This document shows, one piece after another, positions 18,120 to 27,804 of a stretch of DNA of 64,000 nt. Location: the NCBI GenBank assembly GCA_038883795.1, contig JAVZLK010000007.1, positions 1-64,000 on the forward strand, read 5' to 3'. Numbering within the stretch: position 1 is the stretch's first letter; each line of letters opens with the position of its first letter. This DNA comes from Candidatus Bathyarchaeia archaeon. Lineage in GTDB: Archaea > Thermoproteota > Bathyarchaeia > Bathyarchaeales > Bathycorpusculaceae. A program made the translations under genes and the position numbers. Under the pieces are notes generated by a model. The model saw only the letters and a list, made by a program, of their open reading frames with translations. It had not been told where the DNA came from and did not search any database.

Positions 18120-20573
18120 TTAATATTCGCTTATGAAGCTTATTTCTGGAAATTCTCTTATTTGTCTGCCCTTACCTTTCTCAGATAGGATTTCAAGCTG
18201 CAAGATTTTGCAAGTGCCAGCAATGTCTTCTTTATTTTCACTGATTATTTTTGCAAACTCGCTTTTTCCAGCATAAATTTTAATCCTTTTGATGGGGGTA
18301 TTCAGGGGTTTTCTTTTCTCCGCCTTTTCTCTTCTGATTTCGGTTATCAAAGCCATTATTAAATCGCCCCTCCTCTCAGCTTCTTCATCCAAATTTTCCG
18401 TTTTTGTTTCCGGCCAAGGTGTTAATTGTAGGCTTTTTTGTCCTATGTTTTCAGCGTACATTGCTTGGTAGATTTCCTCTGTTATGTGAGGCGTTATAGG
18501 AGCTAGCAACTGAATTATGCGGTATAGAACATTGTAAAGGGTGAACTGCACAGCCGTTCTTTTTTGTTCTCCGTAAATTTCTGGCTTGTAAAGTCTATCC
18601 TTCACGGCTTCAATATACTGGTCGCAGAAAATGTGCCATGTGAAGTTGCGAATTTCTTCTAGGGCTATGTTGAATTGGCAGTTTTCTAAGGCTTCTGTAA
18701 CTTTTTGTGTAACTTTCTCAAGTTTGCTCAGAATCCATTTGTCTAAAAGTTGCAAATCGCCCTTCTCTTCCGCTTTATAATCCTTTAGTTGGGTGCTGGT
18801 GAATCGTGCTGCATTCCACAATTTAGTTAAGAAACGCCTTCCATAATCCACATCTTGCCATCGGAATGGAACATCCGAACCAGTAGCTCCACCGCCAGCA
18901 GCCCACTGTCTTGTTGCGTCTGCGCCATATTTTGAAAAAACTTCTAAGGAAGGCACATAATTTCCCAAAGACTTGTGCATCATCCGCCCGTCTGTTCCCA
19001 AAACCATTCCGTTAATTAGGCAACTCTTGTAAGGTTTTTCATCGAATAAAGCGAGATGCCTAACCATCAGGTAATAAGCCCATGTGCGGATAATGTCAAC
19101 GCCAGATGGATGCATATCTGCTGGGAAAAGCCTCCGCCAGTCCTTCCTGTCCGGCCAGCCGGCATGAACTGCGCATGTTATTGAGGAGTCAAACCATGTG
19201 TCTAAAACGTCCTTTTCGGGCTTGAACTTTTTGGACCCGCATTTTGGGCATTCTGCAATTTTTGGATTTTCTATTTTCGGGTCTATGGGTAGCCATTCGG
19301 GTTCAGCTAAAATTGTTTCGCCGCAGTTTTGGCAGTACCATATTGGTATTGGTGTTGCAAAGACTCTTTGGCGTGATATTACCCAGTCCCAGTCAAGGGA
19401 TTTTGCCCAATTTATCAGGCGATATTTCATATAATCTGGATACCACTTAACCTCTAAAGCGTTCTTTTCCAATTTATCCGTGAGAATACGGGTTTTCATG
19501 AACCATTGTTCTCTTTCAAGAATCTCTATTGGAGTGTGGCATCTCCAGCAAACGCCAACCTCCTGCGTGAGCGGTTCAGTTTTTTCTAGCAACCCATCAT
19601 TTTTCAAATCTTCGATTATGGCTTTCTTCGCTTCTTCAATTGTTAATCCAGCATATTTTCCAGCATTTTCCGTCATTCGACCTTTTTCGTCTATGCACAT
19701 TATGACTGGCAAATTATGCTTTACAACGCTTTTTACGTCAGCCTTATCCCCGTAAGTGCATATCATCACCACGCCTGTTCCAAATTCTGGTTCAACAAGC
19801 TCATCCGCGATTATCTCCACGGTTCTGTTGGTTGTGGGCACATGAATCTTTCTGCCAACGAACTGTTTATAACGTTCGTCGTGGGGGTTCACGGCAACGG
19901 TTACGCATGCTGGAATCAGTTCTGGTCTTGTTGTAGCTATGGTGAGGAAACCGCTATCCTCAAGCTTAAACTTAATAAAATGTAGATTGGCTGTTCTTGT
20001 AGCATATTCTACTTCTGCATCAGCTATGGCTGTTTCACATCTTGGACACCAATTCACTGGATGCGTTCCACGATAAATGAAACCCTTCTTATAAAGCAGA
20101 ACGAAGGAGAGTTGGGTGCGCCTCCAATAGTCTGGATCCATAGTTTTATATTCTGTTGTCCAGTCTATTGAGCAACCAAGCCTCGTAATGGCTTCCTTCA
20201 TAAGCCCAATATATTTTTCCACGTGTTCCTCGCAGAGTTTTCTAAACTTGTCTGGTGGCAAGTCTGTCTTCTTGATTTTATGTTTCTTTTCAACTTCCAC
20301 TTCTGTTGGTAAGCCATGGCAGTCCCATCCTTGGGGAAAATAAACGTTGTAGCCTCTCATGCGTTTGTAGCGGGCTACTATGTCGAAATAGGTCCAATTC
20401 AAGACTAAACCCATGTGAAACTCGCCGGAAGGATACGGTGGAGGGGTATCAATGCTAAAGACTGGACGCTTCTCATCCTTCCAGTCGAAACGGTAAACGC
20501 CCATCTTCTCCCACTTCTCTTGCCATTTCCTCTCAATTTCGAGGGGATTGAATTCTTTAGACAAAGGCTTCAT
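18120..20573 (-). CDS. valS: Valyl-tRNA synthetase
   Basis: IDTPPPYPSG, GWDCHGLPTE, WCPRCETA, GTGVVMICTYGD, DWVISRQR, DVLDTWFDS. Confidence 0.97.
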   Translation of the reverse strand: MKPLSKEFNPLEIERKWQEKWEKMGVYRFDWKDEKRPVFSIDTPPPYPSGEFHMGLVLNWTYFDIVARYKRMRGYNVYFPQGWDCHGLPTEVEVEKKHKIKKTDLPPDKFRKLCEEHVEKYIGLMKEAITRLGCSIDWTTEYKTMDPDYWRRTQLSFVLLYKKGFIYRGTHPVNWCPRCETAIADAEVEYATRTANLHFIKFKLEDSGFLTIATTRPELIPACVTVAVNPHDERYKQFVGRKIHVPTTNRTVEIIADELVEPEFGTGVVMICTYGDKADVKSVVKHNLPVIMCIDEKGRMTENAGKYAGLTIEEAKKAIIEDLKNDGLLEKTEPLTQEVGVCWRCHTPIEILEREQWFMKTRILTDKLEKNALEVKWYPDYMKYRLINWAKSLDWDWVISRQRVFATPIPIWYCQNCGETILAEPEWLPIDPKIENPKIAECPKCGSKKFKPEKDVLDTWFDSSITCAVHAGWPDRKDWRRLFPADMHPSGVDIIRTWAYYLMVRHLALFDEKPYKSCLINGMVLGTDGRMMHKSLGNYVPSLEVFSKYGADATRQWAAGGGATGSDVPFRWQDVDYGRRFLTKLWNAARFTSTQLKDYKAEEKGDLQLLDKWILSKLEKVTQKVTEALENCQFNIALEEIRNFTWHIFCDQYIEAVKDRLYKPEIYGEQKRTAVQFTLYNVLYRIIQLLAPITPHITEEIYQAMYAENIGQKSLQLTPWPETKTENLDEEAERRGDLIMALITEIRREKAEKRKPLNTPIKRIKIYAGKSEFAKIISENKEDIAGTCKILQLEILSEKGKGRQIREFPEISFISEY

Positions 20574-20635
20574 GTTCCAACATCCTAATGCGCATTAACT
20601 TTAGGAAAGATAAATATACGAGTAAATAACAATTA

Positions 20636-20747
20636 CCCCACCCAAGGGTTTGGGGGAGCTGGGTTATGACCCGGCTGAGAGGACGGCTGAAAGCCGTCGA
20701 CCCCTAGAACCTGATCCGGGTAATGCCGGCGGAGGGAAAAATGTGGG
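20636..20747 (+). promoter_or_regulatory. TPP (THI-box) riboswitch
   Basis: GGGGAGC-P3(TGGGT/ACCCG)-GCTGAGAG-P3a(GACGGC TGAAA GCCGTC)-GACCCC-TAGAA-CCTGATCCGGGTAATGCCGGCGGAGGGAA matches the TPP aptamer consensus; lies directly upstream of a ThiT-like gene. Confidence 0.93.
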
Positions 20748-21267
20748 AAAAACTGCATCTGAAACTAAAGTGCTTACCGAAGGAATAGTCGTTGTTGCTT
20801 TGTCCATAATTCTTAAAGACGTTCTACCACCAATCTATCACCTACCTCAAGGAGGTTCTGTGAGCGCAGCTGGCATGGTGCCATTGCTATGGTTTTCCTT
20901 AAGAAGAGGACTACGTGCCGGTTTGGAAGCGTCTACAGTTTATGGTTTGATTCACATGGCTTTACCAGGAAGCTACATCGTAGACCCAATTCAAGCCCTA
21001 CTTGATTATCCAATAGCCTTTGCAGCTTTGGGTTTGGCTGGAATATTCAAGAAATATCCTTTAATTGGTGTGGGCGTAGGAATCACTGGCAGATTCTTAG
21101 CTCACTTTGCCTCAGGCGTCTGGTTTTTCTGGGAGTATGCTGGCGAAATGCATCCAGTGCTTTACTCAGCCATATATAACGGAAGCTACCTTATTATAGA
21201 GCTCATCATAAGCGAAATAATCATATTCATATTGGCTAAAAGACGACTACTGGAAGTCTATCTTTAA
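20743..21267 (+). CDS. thiT: Energy-coupling-factor thiamine S-component ThiT
   Basis: LPQGGSVS..MVP, LLDYPIAF, HFASGVWFFWEYA, YSAIYNGSY. Start re-assigned to GTG 20743 after GGAGG because the ORF-track N-terminus is the riboswitch. Confidence 0.88.
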   Translation: MGKTASETKVLTEGIVVVALSIILKDVLPPIYHLPQGGSVSAAGMVPLLWFSLRRGLRAGLEASTVYGLIHMALPGSYIVDPIQALLDYPIAFAALGLAGIFKKYPLIGVGVGITGRFLAHFASGVWFFWEYAGEMHPVLYSAIYNGSYLIIELIISEIIIFILAKRRLLEVYL

Positions 21268-21328
21268 CATAGCCTTTTAGAAGAAAATTCCCCTCTTTTT
21301 TAATTTCAAGAACCAAAAGTTTTGACTC

Positions 21329-22108
21329 TCAAAGAATAACTCTTTCTGAGAAACTATAGATATTAATTCGGTTTCCGCGTACAAACCCTATTAGGGTTAA
21401 GCCTACATCCTTAGCAATTGCAATGCCAGAATCTAATGCTGCAGCTAAGGAGGCTACTATTGGTAAGCCAACTCTTGCCGCTTTAAGAACCATATCGCCC
21501 GTTAACCTTCCACTTAAGGCAAGAAAGCATAAGCTAAAATCGGTTTTGTTCAGGGCTGCCATACCAATTACCTTGTCAACCGCATTGTGACGACCAACAT
21601 CTTCAGCAAAAGCGACTATTTCTCCGTTGTTTTTGTATATGGCGGCAGCGTGAACTCCACCAGTTTTTCTAAATGTTTCCGCGATAAAGTTCAAGTTTTT
21701 TACGCTGTTTAGGATTGTTTCTGCTTTCACTTTTAGGTTTGAATTGATTTTTGGAATTTTTCCGGAAAACGGATAAGCGAATGAGGTTCCACAGGCGGAA
21801 GTGATTATGCGAGAAAAATGCATTGAAAGTTTCAACCTTTTTTCCACGTTTATGTGGGATTTGATTTTGACATGGCAATTTTCGTTTTTTAGGTTTACCT
21901 CTTCTATTTCCTCAATGGATTTCAGAATTCCTTCGGAGAGTAGGTGTCCAATGGCTAGTTCTTTTAGGTTTGATGGAGAGCATAAAATGGTTGCGTAATG
22001 AGTTTTGTTTAAGAATATATGGAGTGGCTTCTCTTCAGCCACGTAATCCTTCACTTTATTAGCTGTTCGGTTTGAAACGTCAATTTTAACTATTTCGACT
22101 TGGCGTAT
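21329..22108 (-). CDS. fdhD: FdhD molybdo/tungsto-cofactor sulfurtransferase
   Basis: EEKPL, SACG, FRKTGGVHAA, EDVGRHNAVDKVIG, LSGR. The frame stays open upstream of GTG 22054 to an ATA at 22108 preceded by GGAGG. Confidence 0.9.
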   Translation of the reverse strand: MRQVEIVKIDVSNRTANKVKDYVAEEKPLHIFLNKTHYATILCSPSNLKELAIGHLLSEGILKSIEEIEEVNLKNENCHVKIKSHINVEKRLKLSMHFSRIITSACGTSFAYPFSGKIPKINSNLKVKAETILNSVKNLNFIAETFRKTGGVHAAAIYKNNGEIVAFAEDVGRHNAVDKVIGMAALNKTDFSLCFLALSGRLTGDMVLKAARVGLPIVASLAAALDSGIAIAKDVGLTLIGFVRGNRINIYSFSERVIL

Positions 22109-22125
22109 TTTTGATACCCTCCTCT

Positions 22126-23004
22126 CTATTTTTTAATTTCAGACAATACGAAGTCCACAATTTCGTCTGCGATGTTAACTTTGGCTACTGACTGCAAGCC
22201 CCTCCAGCCTGGTTGACTGTTAACCTCAACAACTAATGGTCCTTTTGGGCTTTCGAGAATGTCTACGCCTGCAATTTTGCAGTCTATGAGTTTTGCAGAT
22301 TTAACAGCCAAATCTTCCATAGCCTTATCAAGCGTGATTGGTTCTGGTTTGGCTCCTTGGCTATAATTTGTTTTCCAATTGTTTGCAACACGGCGCATGG
22401 CTGCAATCACACGGTCGCCGACCACGAAGGCGCGAATATCAGAAAATCCATGGTGTATAAACTCTTGGACGTATATGACGCCGTGGTAGAAGGTTATGTT
22501 TCTAAATATTGTTGAGGCAATTTCCGCGTCCTTAACTCTTGTTGAACCGATTCCTCTTGAGCCGAAAAGGGGTTTAATGACGACGTCTCCGCCAAGTTCA
22601 TTAAACGCCTTTAAAGCTTCGTCAACATTTTCTGTTACTGTTGTTCGTGGGACTGGGATGCCGTTTTCTTCTAAAATTGCCAAAATATCATACTTGTCAA
22701 CGCAATGTTCAATGGCTTCGGGCGGGTTTATAACATAAAAGCCTAAACGCTGAAGCCTATAAAGCATGTCCATCCTAAAAACTATCTCTTCAAGAGAACC
22801 ACGCCCAATTGGGCGGATTATTAGGGCATCTAAATCTTCTAAGAGGCGGATGTTTCCAACTTTCAAGTATGGCTTATATCCTATACGGGCTGTTAGTTGT
22901 GGGAAGCTGAAGCATGTGTGGGGAATTTTGCGTTTTGTTAAGGCTTGTCTAAGCTGGGACGAGCTCCAAGAATTCTTGTTTCGCGTAACGATTCCAATTT
23001 TCAA
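22126..23004 (-). CDS. RimK-family ATP-grasp ligase, probably H4MPT:alpha-L-glutamate ligase (MptN-like)
   Basis: KPLFGSRGIG, QEFI, DIRAFVVG, WKTNYSQG, AGVDI, EVNSQPGW; close to mch. Confidence 0.85.
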   Translation of the reverse strand: MKIGIVTRNKNSWSSSQLRQALTKRKIPHTCFSFPQLTARIGYKPYLKVGNIRLLEDLDALIIRPIGRGSLEEIVFRMDMLYRLQRLGFYVINPPEAIEHCVDKYDILAILEENGIPVPRTTVTENVDEALKAFNELGGDVVIKPLFGSRGIGSTRVKDAEIASTIFRNITFYHGVIYVQEFIHHGFSDIRAFVVGDRVIAAMRRVANNWKTNYSQGAKPEPITLDKAMEDLAVKSAKLIDCKIAGVDILESPKGPLVVEVNSQPGWRGLQSVAKVNIADEIVDFVLSEIKK

Positions 23005-23081
23005 AAGGAAACCTTCTATTCGCTTAATCTGTGAAAAATGCTATGGGAATATGCTCTTAAAGTTTCCGCGCTCATATAACG

Positions 23082-24017
23082 TTAAAATTTGTGGATGTAA
23101 GGAATAAATTGCCTGGCATTTTCAAACTTTTCCACCAAATCAATTTTTAAATAAGCGCCATAAGCGTTAAAGTATGGTGGTCCCTTCCGTGAAAATAATG
23201 TTAAGATTTTGCCTTTGTGGTTTATTTTGAAGCCTTCCATGCATGGTTCATGTCCCCTAATGAAAACTTTCACATTAAAAATTCTAAGCGTTTGTTCCGT
23301 AATTTTTTCGCCGAAAAGTTTTCCAGCTCCCCGAGGCGATGCACAAGAGTCTTTAACAATTTCGTTTGGGTCGCTCCAAAGCATTTCTTCAAGAAAGGGT
23401 TTTTCGGGGTGATTTTTGTGGGCATAAGCCAAATCCAACAGGGTCTTGGCTGTTGTTGGTAAGCCTCCATGAATCATTAAGCAGTGTTCTTCAACAAAAA
23501 CTACAGTGTAGAGGTAATTGAACAGCTCGCGAATTTTTGTGTAGGCTTCCTCCCATTTCTCGCCAAATTTCATTTGAAACTCTAAAGGCAAATCATGCGG
23601 CGACGCAAGAAGGTCTTCTGGACCTTCGTGGTTTCCACGCATCAAAACCACTTGGGATGGAAAAAGAAGCTTCAATTTTAAAACTGTGTAGTAAATTTCT
23701 TTTGAGTATTCTCCTCTGTCGCCATAATCCCCCAAAAAAATGAGAAGTGCATTGGGGCTTTGGTTCATTTTTTGCAGAAAACTGCTTTCTTGGAAAATAT
23801 GAATTAGGCTTTCCAAATCGCCGTGTAAGTCGCCAATTATTAAGGCTTCACCTTGAGGTTTTATGTTAACAAGCCTTCCCGTTATGTTTAAGTTTCCAAT
23901 TTTCCCATTTTCTTTTGAAAGCATTTGCGTGACATCTTCCACCACTTTCACAAACTCATCGCATCGAGTTTCCAAAGCTTCTTTAACAATTTCAGAAAAG
24001 TTTACTTGCAAAATCAA
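23082..24017 (-). CDS. PPP-family Ser/Thr protein phosphatase
   Basis: GDLHG, GDYGDRG, RGNHE, HGG, LWSDP, SPRG, RGHE, TLFS. Confidence 0.92.
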   Translation of the reverse strand: MILQVNFSEIVKEALETRCDEFVKVVEDVTQMLSKENGKIGNLNITGRLVNIKPQGEALIIGDLHGDLESLIHIFQESSFLQKMNQSPNALLIFLGDYGDRGEYSKEIYYTVLKLKLLFPSQVVLMRGNHEGPEDLLASPHDLPLEFQMKFGEKWEEAYTKIRELFNYLYTVVFVEEHCLMIHGGLPTTAKTLLDLAYAHKNHPEKPFLEEMLWSDPNEIVKDSCASPRGAGKLFGEKITEQTLRIFNVKVFIRGHEPCMEGFKINHKGKILTLFSRKGPPYFNAYGAYLKIDLVEKFENARQFIPYIHKF

Positions 24018-24025
24018 TCCTCAAA

Positions 24026-25300
24026 CTATTCGATGCGCACTTTTTTCCCGGCAAAATCCAAAATGTTCCTTTCTATCTGATCCTTATGATTTTGGATTTT
24101 CTCCATTGTGGCATCAATTGTCTGTTCCAAAACGCTTACTTCAGACTCTAAAGCCCGCCTTTTCTGCTCCAGCCTATCAAGATTCTCTTGAAGCTTTACC
24201 AAGCCACTTCTTGTTTCGGCTACTTCCGCTGATGCGGAAAGCTGTTTTCTCCGAAACATAATATCAACACATTTTTTGTGCAAATCCGTTAGAGAATTCT
24301 TGTTAAGGATGTTGCTTATGGCTTGCTCAGCCTTTCGCATCTTATCCGGTTTCAGCTTAAGCTTCCCACCAGCCATAGCTTTGGCTAATTTTTGGAGAAT
24401 CTGCCTCAAAAGAGGATAACCAAACTCTTCTGTAGAAAAGGCTTCAAGGGGTTTCTCCAAATATTGGTTAAGCTTGTTAATCTCTTCCGGGGTTAAACCG
24501 CCTCCTTCGCTATGAAGCGCTAAGGATTGAAGCTTTATGAGGGGTTTTTGAAGATGCTGCAAATTACGCTTCAACTCACCGTTAAGAGCTTCTATTTCCA
24601 AATCTATTTGGCTTAATTGACTTATTCCCCCCTTTCTTTTTAATTCAGCCATTCTTTTTTGAGTTTCAGAAATTTCCCCCTCAACCAAAGCCTTTTCAGT
24701 CTCTACACTTTTCCTCTGTTCACCCAATTTTACAATTTCTTTCTCTAAAGCTTGAAGTTTTTCAATAAGTTGGAAAGTTTCTTCCAAGGTTTTGGTTTTA
24801 ACATACTCTTTTGTTAGGAAATCGTTAAGTTCCTTAAGCGACGCTTTCGCCCTTTCAAAAACCGTTAAGAATTTTCTCCTGTCAAGGATGAAAAAGGGTG
24901 AAATTCTCGGAAACCAGTTTCGAATATCAACTTCCGTCACCAAAAACGCCCTCTGAGTTTCTTGGACAAAATCGCGAAAACCATCATAAGAAACCTTTTC
25001 CGGAACCTCAATTTGCCGCATTCTATCCAAAAACAAACGCGAAAGCTTGTTTAGGGCTCTGGCTCTCCCATAAGTTTTCATATTCCTCTTCTCAATCTCC
25101 TTACTACTATTATCCAAAAGCATCCTGCTCGAATCCACGAGACTTTCGAGGGATTTACGCATCTCACCAAGCAATTTTTGAGCCTTAGCATGAACGGGAA
25201 CAAAAATTGAGCTTGTCTCTTTTTCAAGCCAACCCTTAACCTCGCTGGAAGAGAATTTTAATGCTTCTGTCACACGGTTTTCCCAATAGAAGATACACAT
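24026..25300 (-). CDS. Long coiled-coil protein of unknown function
   Basis: 424-aa L/E/K-rich heptad pattern; no Walker motifs or TM segment. Confidence 0.75.
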   Translation of the reverse strand: MCIFYWENRVTEALKFSSSEVKGWLEKETSSIFVPVHAKAQKLLGEMRKSLESLVDSSRMLLDNSSKEIEKRNMKTYGRARALNKLSRLFLDRMRQIEVPEKVSYDGFRDFVQETQRAFLVTEVDIRNWFPRISPFFILDRRKFLTVFERAKASLKELNDFLTKEYVKTKTLEETFQLIEKLQALEKEIVKLGEQRKSVETEKALVEGEISETQKRMAELKRKGGISQLSQIDLEIEALNGELKRNLQHLQKPLIKLQSLALHSEGGGLTPEEINKLNQYLEKPLEAFSTEEFGYPLLRQILQKLAKAMAGGKLKLKPDKMRKAEQAISNILNKNSLTDLHKKCVDIMFRRKQLSASAEVAETRSGLVKLQENLDRLEQKRRALESEVSVLEQTIDATMEKIQNHKDQIERNILDFAGKKVRIE

Positions 25301-25396
25301 AAGCCATATTTAATTTTCTAGAATTGGACTCTTTTTTGAGTAGCTACTCTTAAATAATAAACTAAATTAACTCAGCATTAGAGTTCGGGATGAAAA

Positions 25397-25993
25397 ATGG
25401 ATGCGAAACAAATAGCATTTATAGCAACAATGAGCGCTTTAGGCGCCTCCCTTTCCATAATTTCGCTGCACATGGCGCCCATAACCATAGTGGTTCCAGG
25501 ACAAGGAGGAGCAGCCCTAGACTTATCGCACCTTGCCACTTTCGTCGCGGCTGTTTTCGGCGGACCTTACATAGGCGCAACAGTTGGCTTCTTAAGCGGC
25601 ATTTACGCTGGTTACTATTTTGGTTATGTGATTGGCGGCCTCGGAATCCTTTCTCTCATAGGAGTGCCTTTTGGAAAAGCTTTGACGGGTTTCACGGCGG
25701 GCTTTCTCTATAAAAAACTACAAATACATAACAGCCCACGCCCTTCAACATTAACCATTCCCATATTACTCGTTTCTTATATCCCAGAATGCATTTACAC
25801 AATCGTTTATTTCCTATACATAGTTCAGATCGTCTATGGATGGGGAATGGGCTTCATGATACCAATAGTTATTCCAAAAGCATGGATAGAAATAGCCATA
25901 ATGAGCCTCCTAATGGGGATGCTTGTTGGAAACGCTGGTTTTAGAGAATTCATTCTTAGGTTCTTTTATGCATCCAAACTGAAAAAATCATAA
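25397..25993 (+). CDS. ECF transporter S-component-like membrane protein
   Basis: N-terminal IAFIATMSAL, LDLSH...FGGPYIGATVG, about six TMs. Confidence 0.7.
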   Translation: MDAKQIAFIATMSALGASLSIISLHMAPITIVVPGQGGAALDLSHLATFVAAVFGGPYIGATVGFLSGIYAGYYFGYVIGGLGILSLIGVPFGKALTGFTAGFLYKKLQIHNSPRPSTLTIPILLVSYIPECIYTIVYFLYIVQIVYGWGMGFMIPIVIPKAWIEIAIMSLLMGMLVGNAGFREFILRFFYASKLKKS

Positions 25994-26965
25994 AGTAGAA
26001 CCTTCGAAGCTAAACGATTCCTTTAGGGCTCTAGTGTTTATTTCTCCATTCTGGAAGGTGTTGCCTGTTTTCACGTTGTTAATTGTTATAACTGCTGGTG
26101 CGAAGAGGTTTGGGTCTATTTTGTAAAAGTCATAGTTGGCTTCTTTGAAAATTTCTATGAAGGGTTTACCATAACTTTTAGACGCCTTAGACGGCGCCTT
26201 TTCCACAATTTTTTTCAGCGTTTCTTCATCATCATGTTCAACTATGAAGTAAGTTGTTCCGCCGTAGAGGATGGCATCGTTTGTTCTCGCCATTGCCCGC
26301 GTGAATTTTGGATGAATTGGCGGAATTGGAGCACATCCGCAAGCATATAATATTGTTTTTGGGTTTAACCCCAACTTTCTGAGTTTGTGGATTCCGGTTT
26401 CAACAATTCTTCCCGCAACTTGTGTGGCGCCGGTTATGCTGGCTGTAGGCGTTAAAATCACAGCCAAGTTTTCTTGTGAAATTTTGCAATCTTTTGCGAA
26501 TCTTTCTAATAGTTTTTCTGGCGGAGGCTTGTCCGTTTCTAAAACTATAATTCCCTTGTCAAAGTCGTCCTTATACCCAATTTCTTCGTAGATTTCCTTG
26601 GGCTTTAGGGCTAAGGCTCTTGCTGGTCCAGAACCTATTGCAAAGTAGTCGCCTTCCTTAATTTGCCAACCAGCATACTGCGAGCCCAAAGTTGAAATGG
26701 CTGGATGGTCTGTATACACAAAAATTGATGGAAGCGCCATGTCGCCATACTGTTTATCGATTATCTCTGTTTTTCCACAGCCTCCCATGCAAATTTCAGT
26801 TACGAGTTTTCCAGCTTCAAATCCACCATTAACATTTATTCCGGCATCCACAATTGTTACGCCAGAACTCGTTTTTTCCACGTTCACTCCATAAAATTCC
26901 GCGTTATTGCAAAGTTTTTCCAAAATTTTCCATGCCAAACGGTTAACGCTTAAAATTTTTTCCAT
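25988..26965 (-). CDS. mch: Methenyl-H4MPT cyclohydrolase
   Basis: LSVN, EICMGG, LGSQYAGW, GSGPARAL, RIVETG, RTNDAILYGG, FYKIDPNLFAPA. Confidence 0.96.
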   Translation of the reverse strand: MEKILSVNRLAWKILEKLCNNAEFYGVNVEKTSSGVTIVDAGINVNGGFEAGKLVTEICMGGCGKTEIIDKQYGDMALPSIFVYTDHPAISTLGSQYAGWQIKEGDYFAIGSGPARALALKPKEIYEEIGYKDDFDKGIIVLETDKPPPEKLLERFAKDCKISQENLAVILTPTASITGATQVAGRIVETGIHKLRKLGLNPKTILYACGCAPIPPIHPKFTRAMARTNDAILYGGTTYFIVEHDDEETLKKIVEKAPSKASKSYGKPFIEIFKEANYDFYKIDPNLFAPAVITINNVKTGNTFQNGEINTRALKESFSFEGSTL

Positions 26966-26978
26966 AGCATTTTCTCCT

Positions 26979-27803
26979 TCAAAGAAGCCTTTCATAATGG
27001 TTTAGGTGGGGATTCTTTTCTCTAGAAACATAAAGTTTGCCTTCGCCATTTTCAACCAAGTCTCCGAGGAAAAGGTAGAAAGGTCCAGCAACTGTTTCGC
27101 CTTCCTCAATTTTCACTTTTTCTTTTATGCTGTCAATGGTGAATGTGGGCAGAATCGACTCCAAGAAGCCTCCTACAACTATTTTTCCGCCCTTCATGCA
27201 TGCTCCAGCCCTTCCGCCAGAATCCTTTTCAACAAATATTGTTCCGTCCCGCATGCGCAAACCCAAGAATTGACCAGCATTTCCGTAAATTTTGATTAAC
27301 CCATTCCTCATGTAAGCGCCAGTCTCATTCCCAACATTTCCATAAACAACAATTTTGCCGCCACGCATGCCCTCGCTGCTTCCACGGTAAGGAGCGCCTA
27401 AATAGTCGCTGGCATCCCCGTGAATTTCGATGGTTCCGCCTTTCATCATTGAGCCAGCCCATCCGCCAACATTCCCGTGGACAGTTATTTTTCCTTCTTT
27501 CATTTCTTCGCCTAAATGCATGCCAACATCGCCGTGAATTATGATTTCGCCACTTTTCATGCTTGCGCCTATTCGTCTAACTTTGCTTACATCGCCCTTT
27601 ATGGTTATGATTTCCTTTTCCTGCGGGTTTTCTGTTCTGGTTTCTTCAACTTTGAAGAGTTCTCTGAGCGTTTTTTGTTTGTTTCCCTCCCAGATTTTTA
27701 GCTCCTCAATTTCTTTGGTTGTTTTGCCGTGGAAAATATCTGGGTTTATGCATTCAGCAATTATTGGAAAATGGAATTCCTTTCTCGGAGTTAGGGTTAT
27801 CAT
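26979..27803 (-). CDS. fwdC: Formylmethanofuran dehydrogenase subunit C
   Basis: GxxMxxGxIxxxG beta-helix repeats, YRGSSEGMRGG. Confidence 0.95.
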   Translation of the reverse strand: MITLTPRKEFHFPIIAECINPDIFHGKTTKEIEELKIWEGNKQKTLRELFKVEETRTENPQEKEIITIKGDVSKVRRIGASMKSGEIIIHGDVGMHLGEEMKEGKITVHGNVGGWAGSMMKGGTIEIHGDASDYLGAPYRGSSEGMRGGKIVVYGNVGNETGAYMRNGLIKIYGNAGQFLGLRMRDGTIFVEKDSGGRAGACMKGGKIVVGGFLESILPTFTIDSIKEKVKIEEGETVAGPFYLFLGDLVENGEGKLYVSREKNPHLNHYERLL

Positions 27804-27804
27804 T

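Noticed and set aside
20650-20742. N-terminal 31 aa of the ThiT ORF
   Set aside because: This sequence is the TPP aptamer; the SD favours GTG 20743
24026-25300. SMC/Rad50 plus Mre11 pair with the neighbouring phosphoesterase
   Set aside because: The coiled-coil protein has no Walker A/B or zinc hook, and the phosphoesterase has PPP-specific rather than Mre11 motifs
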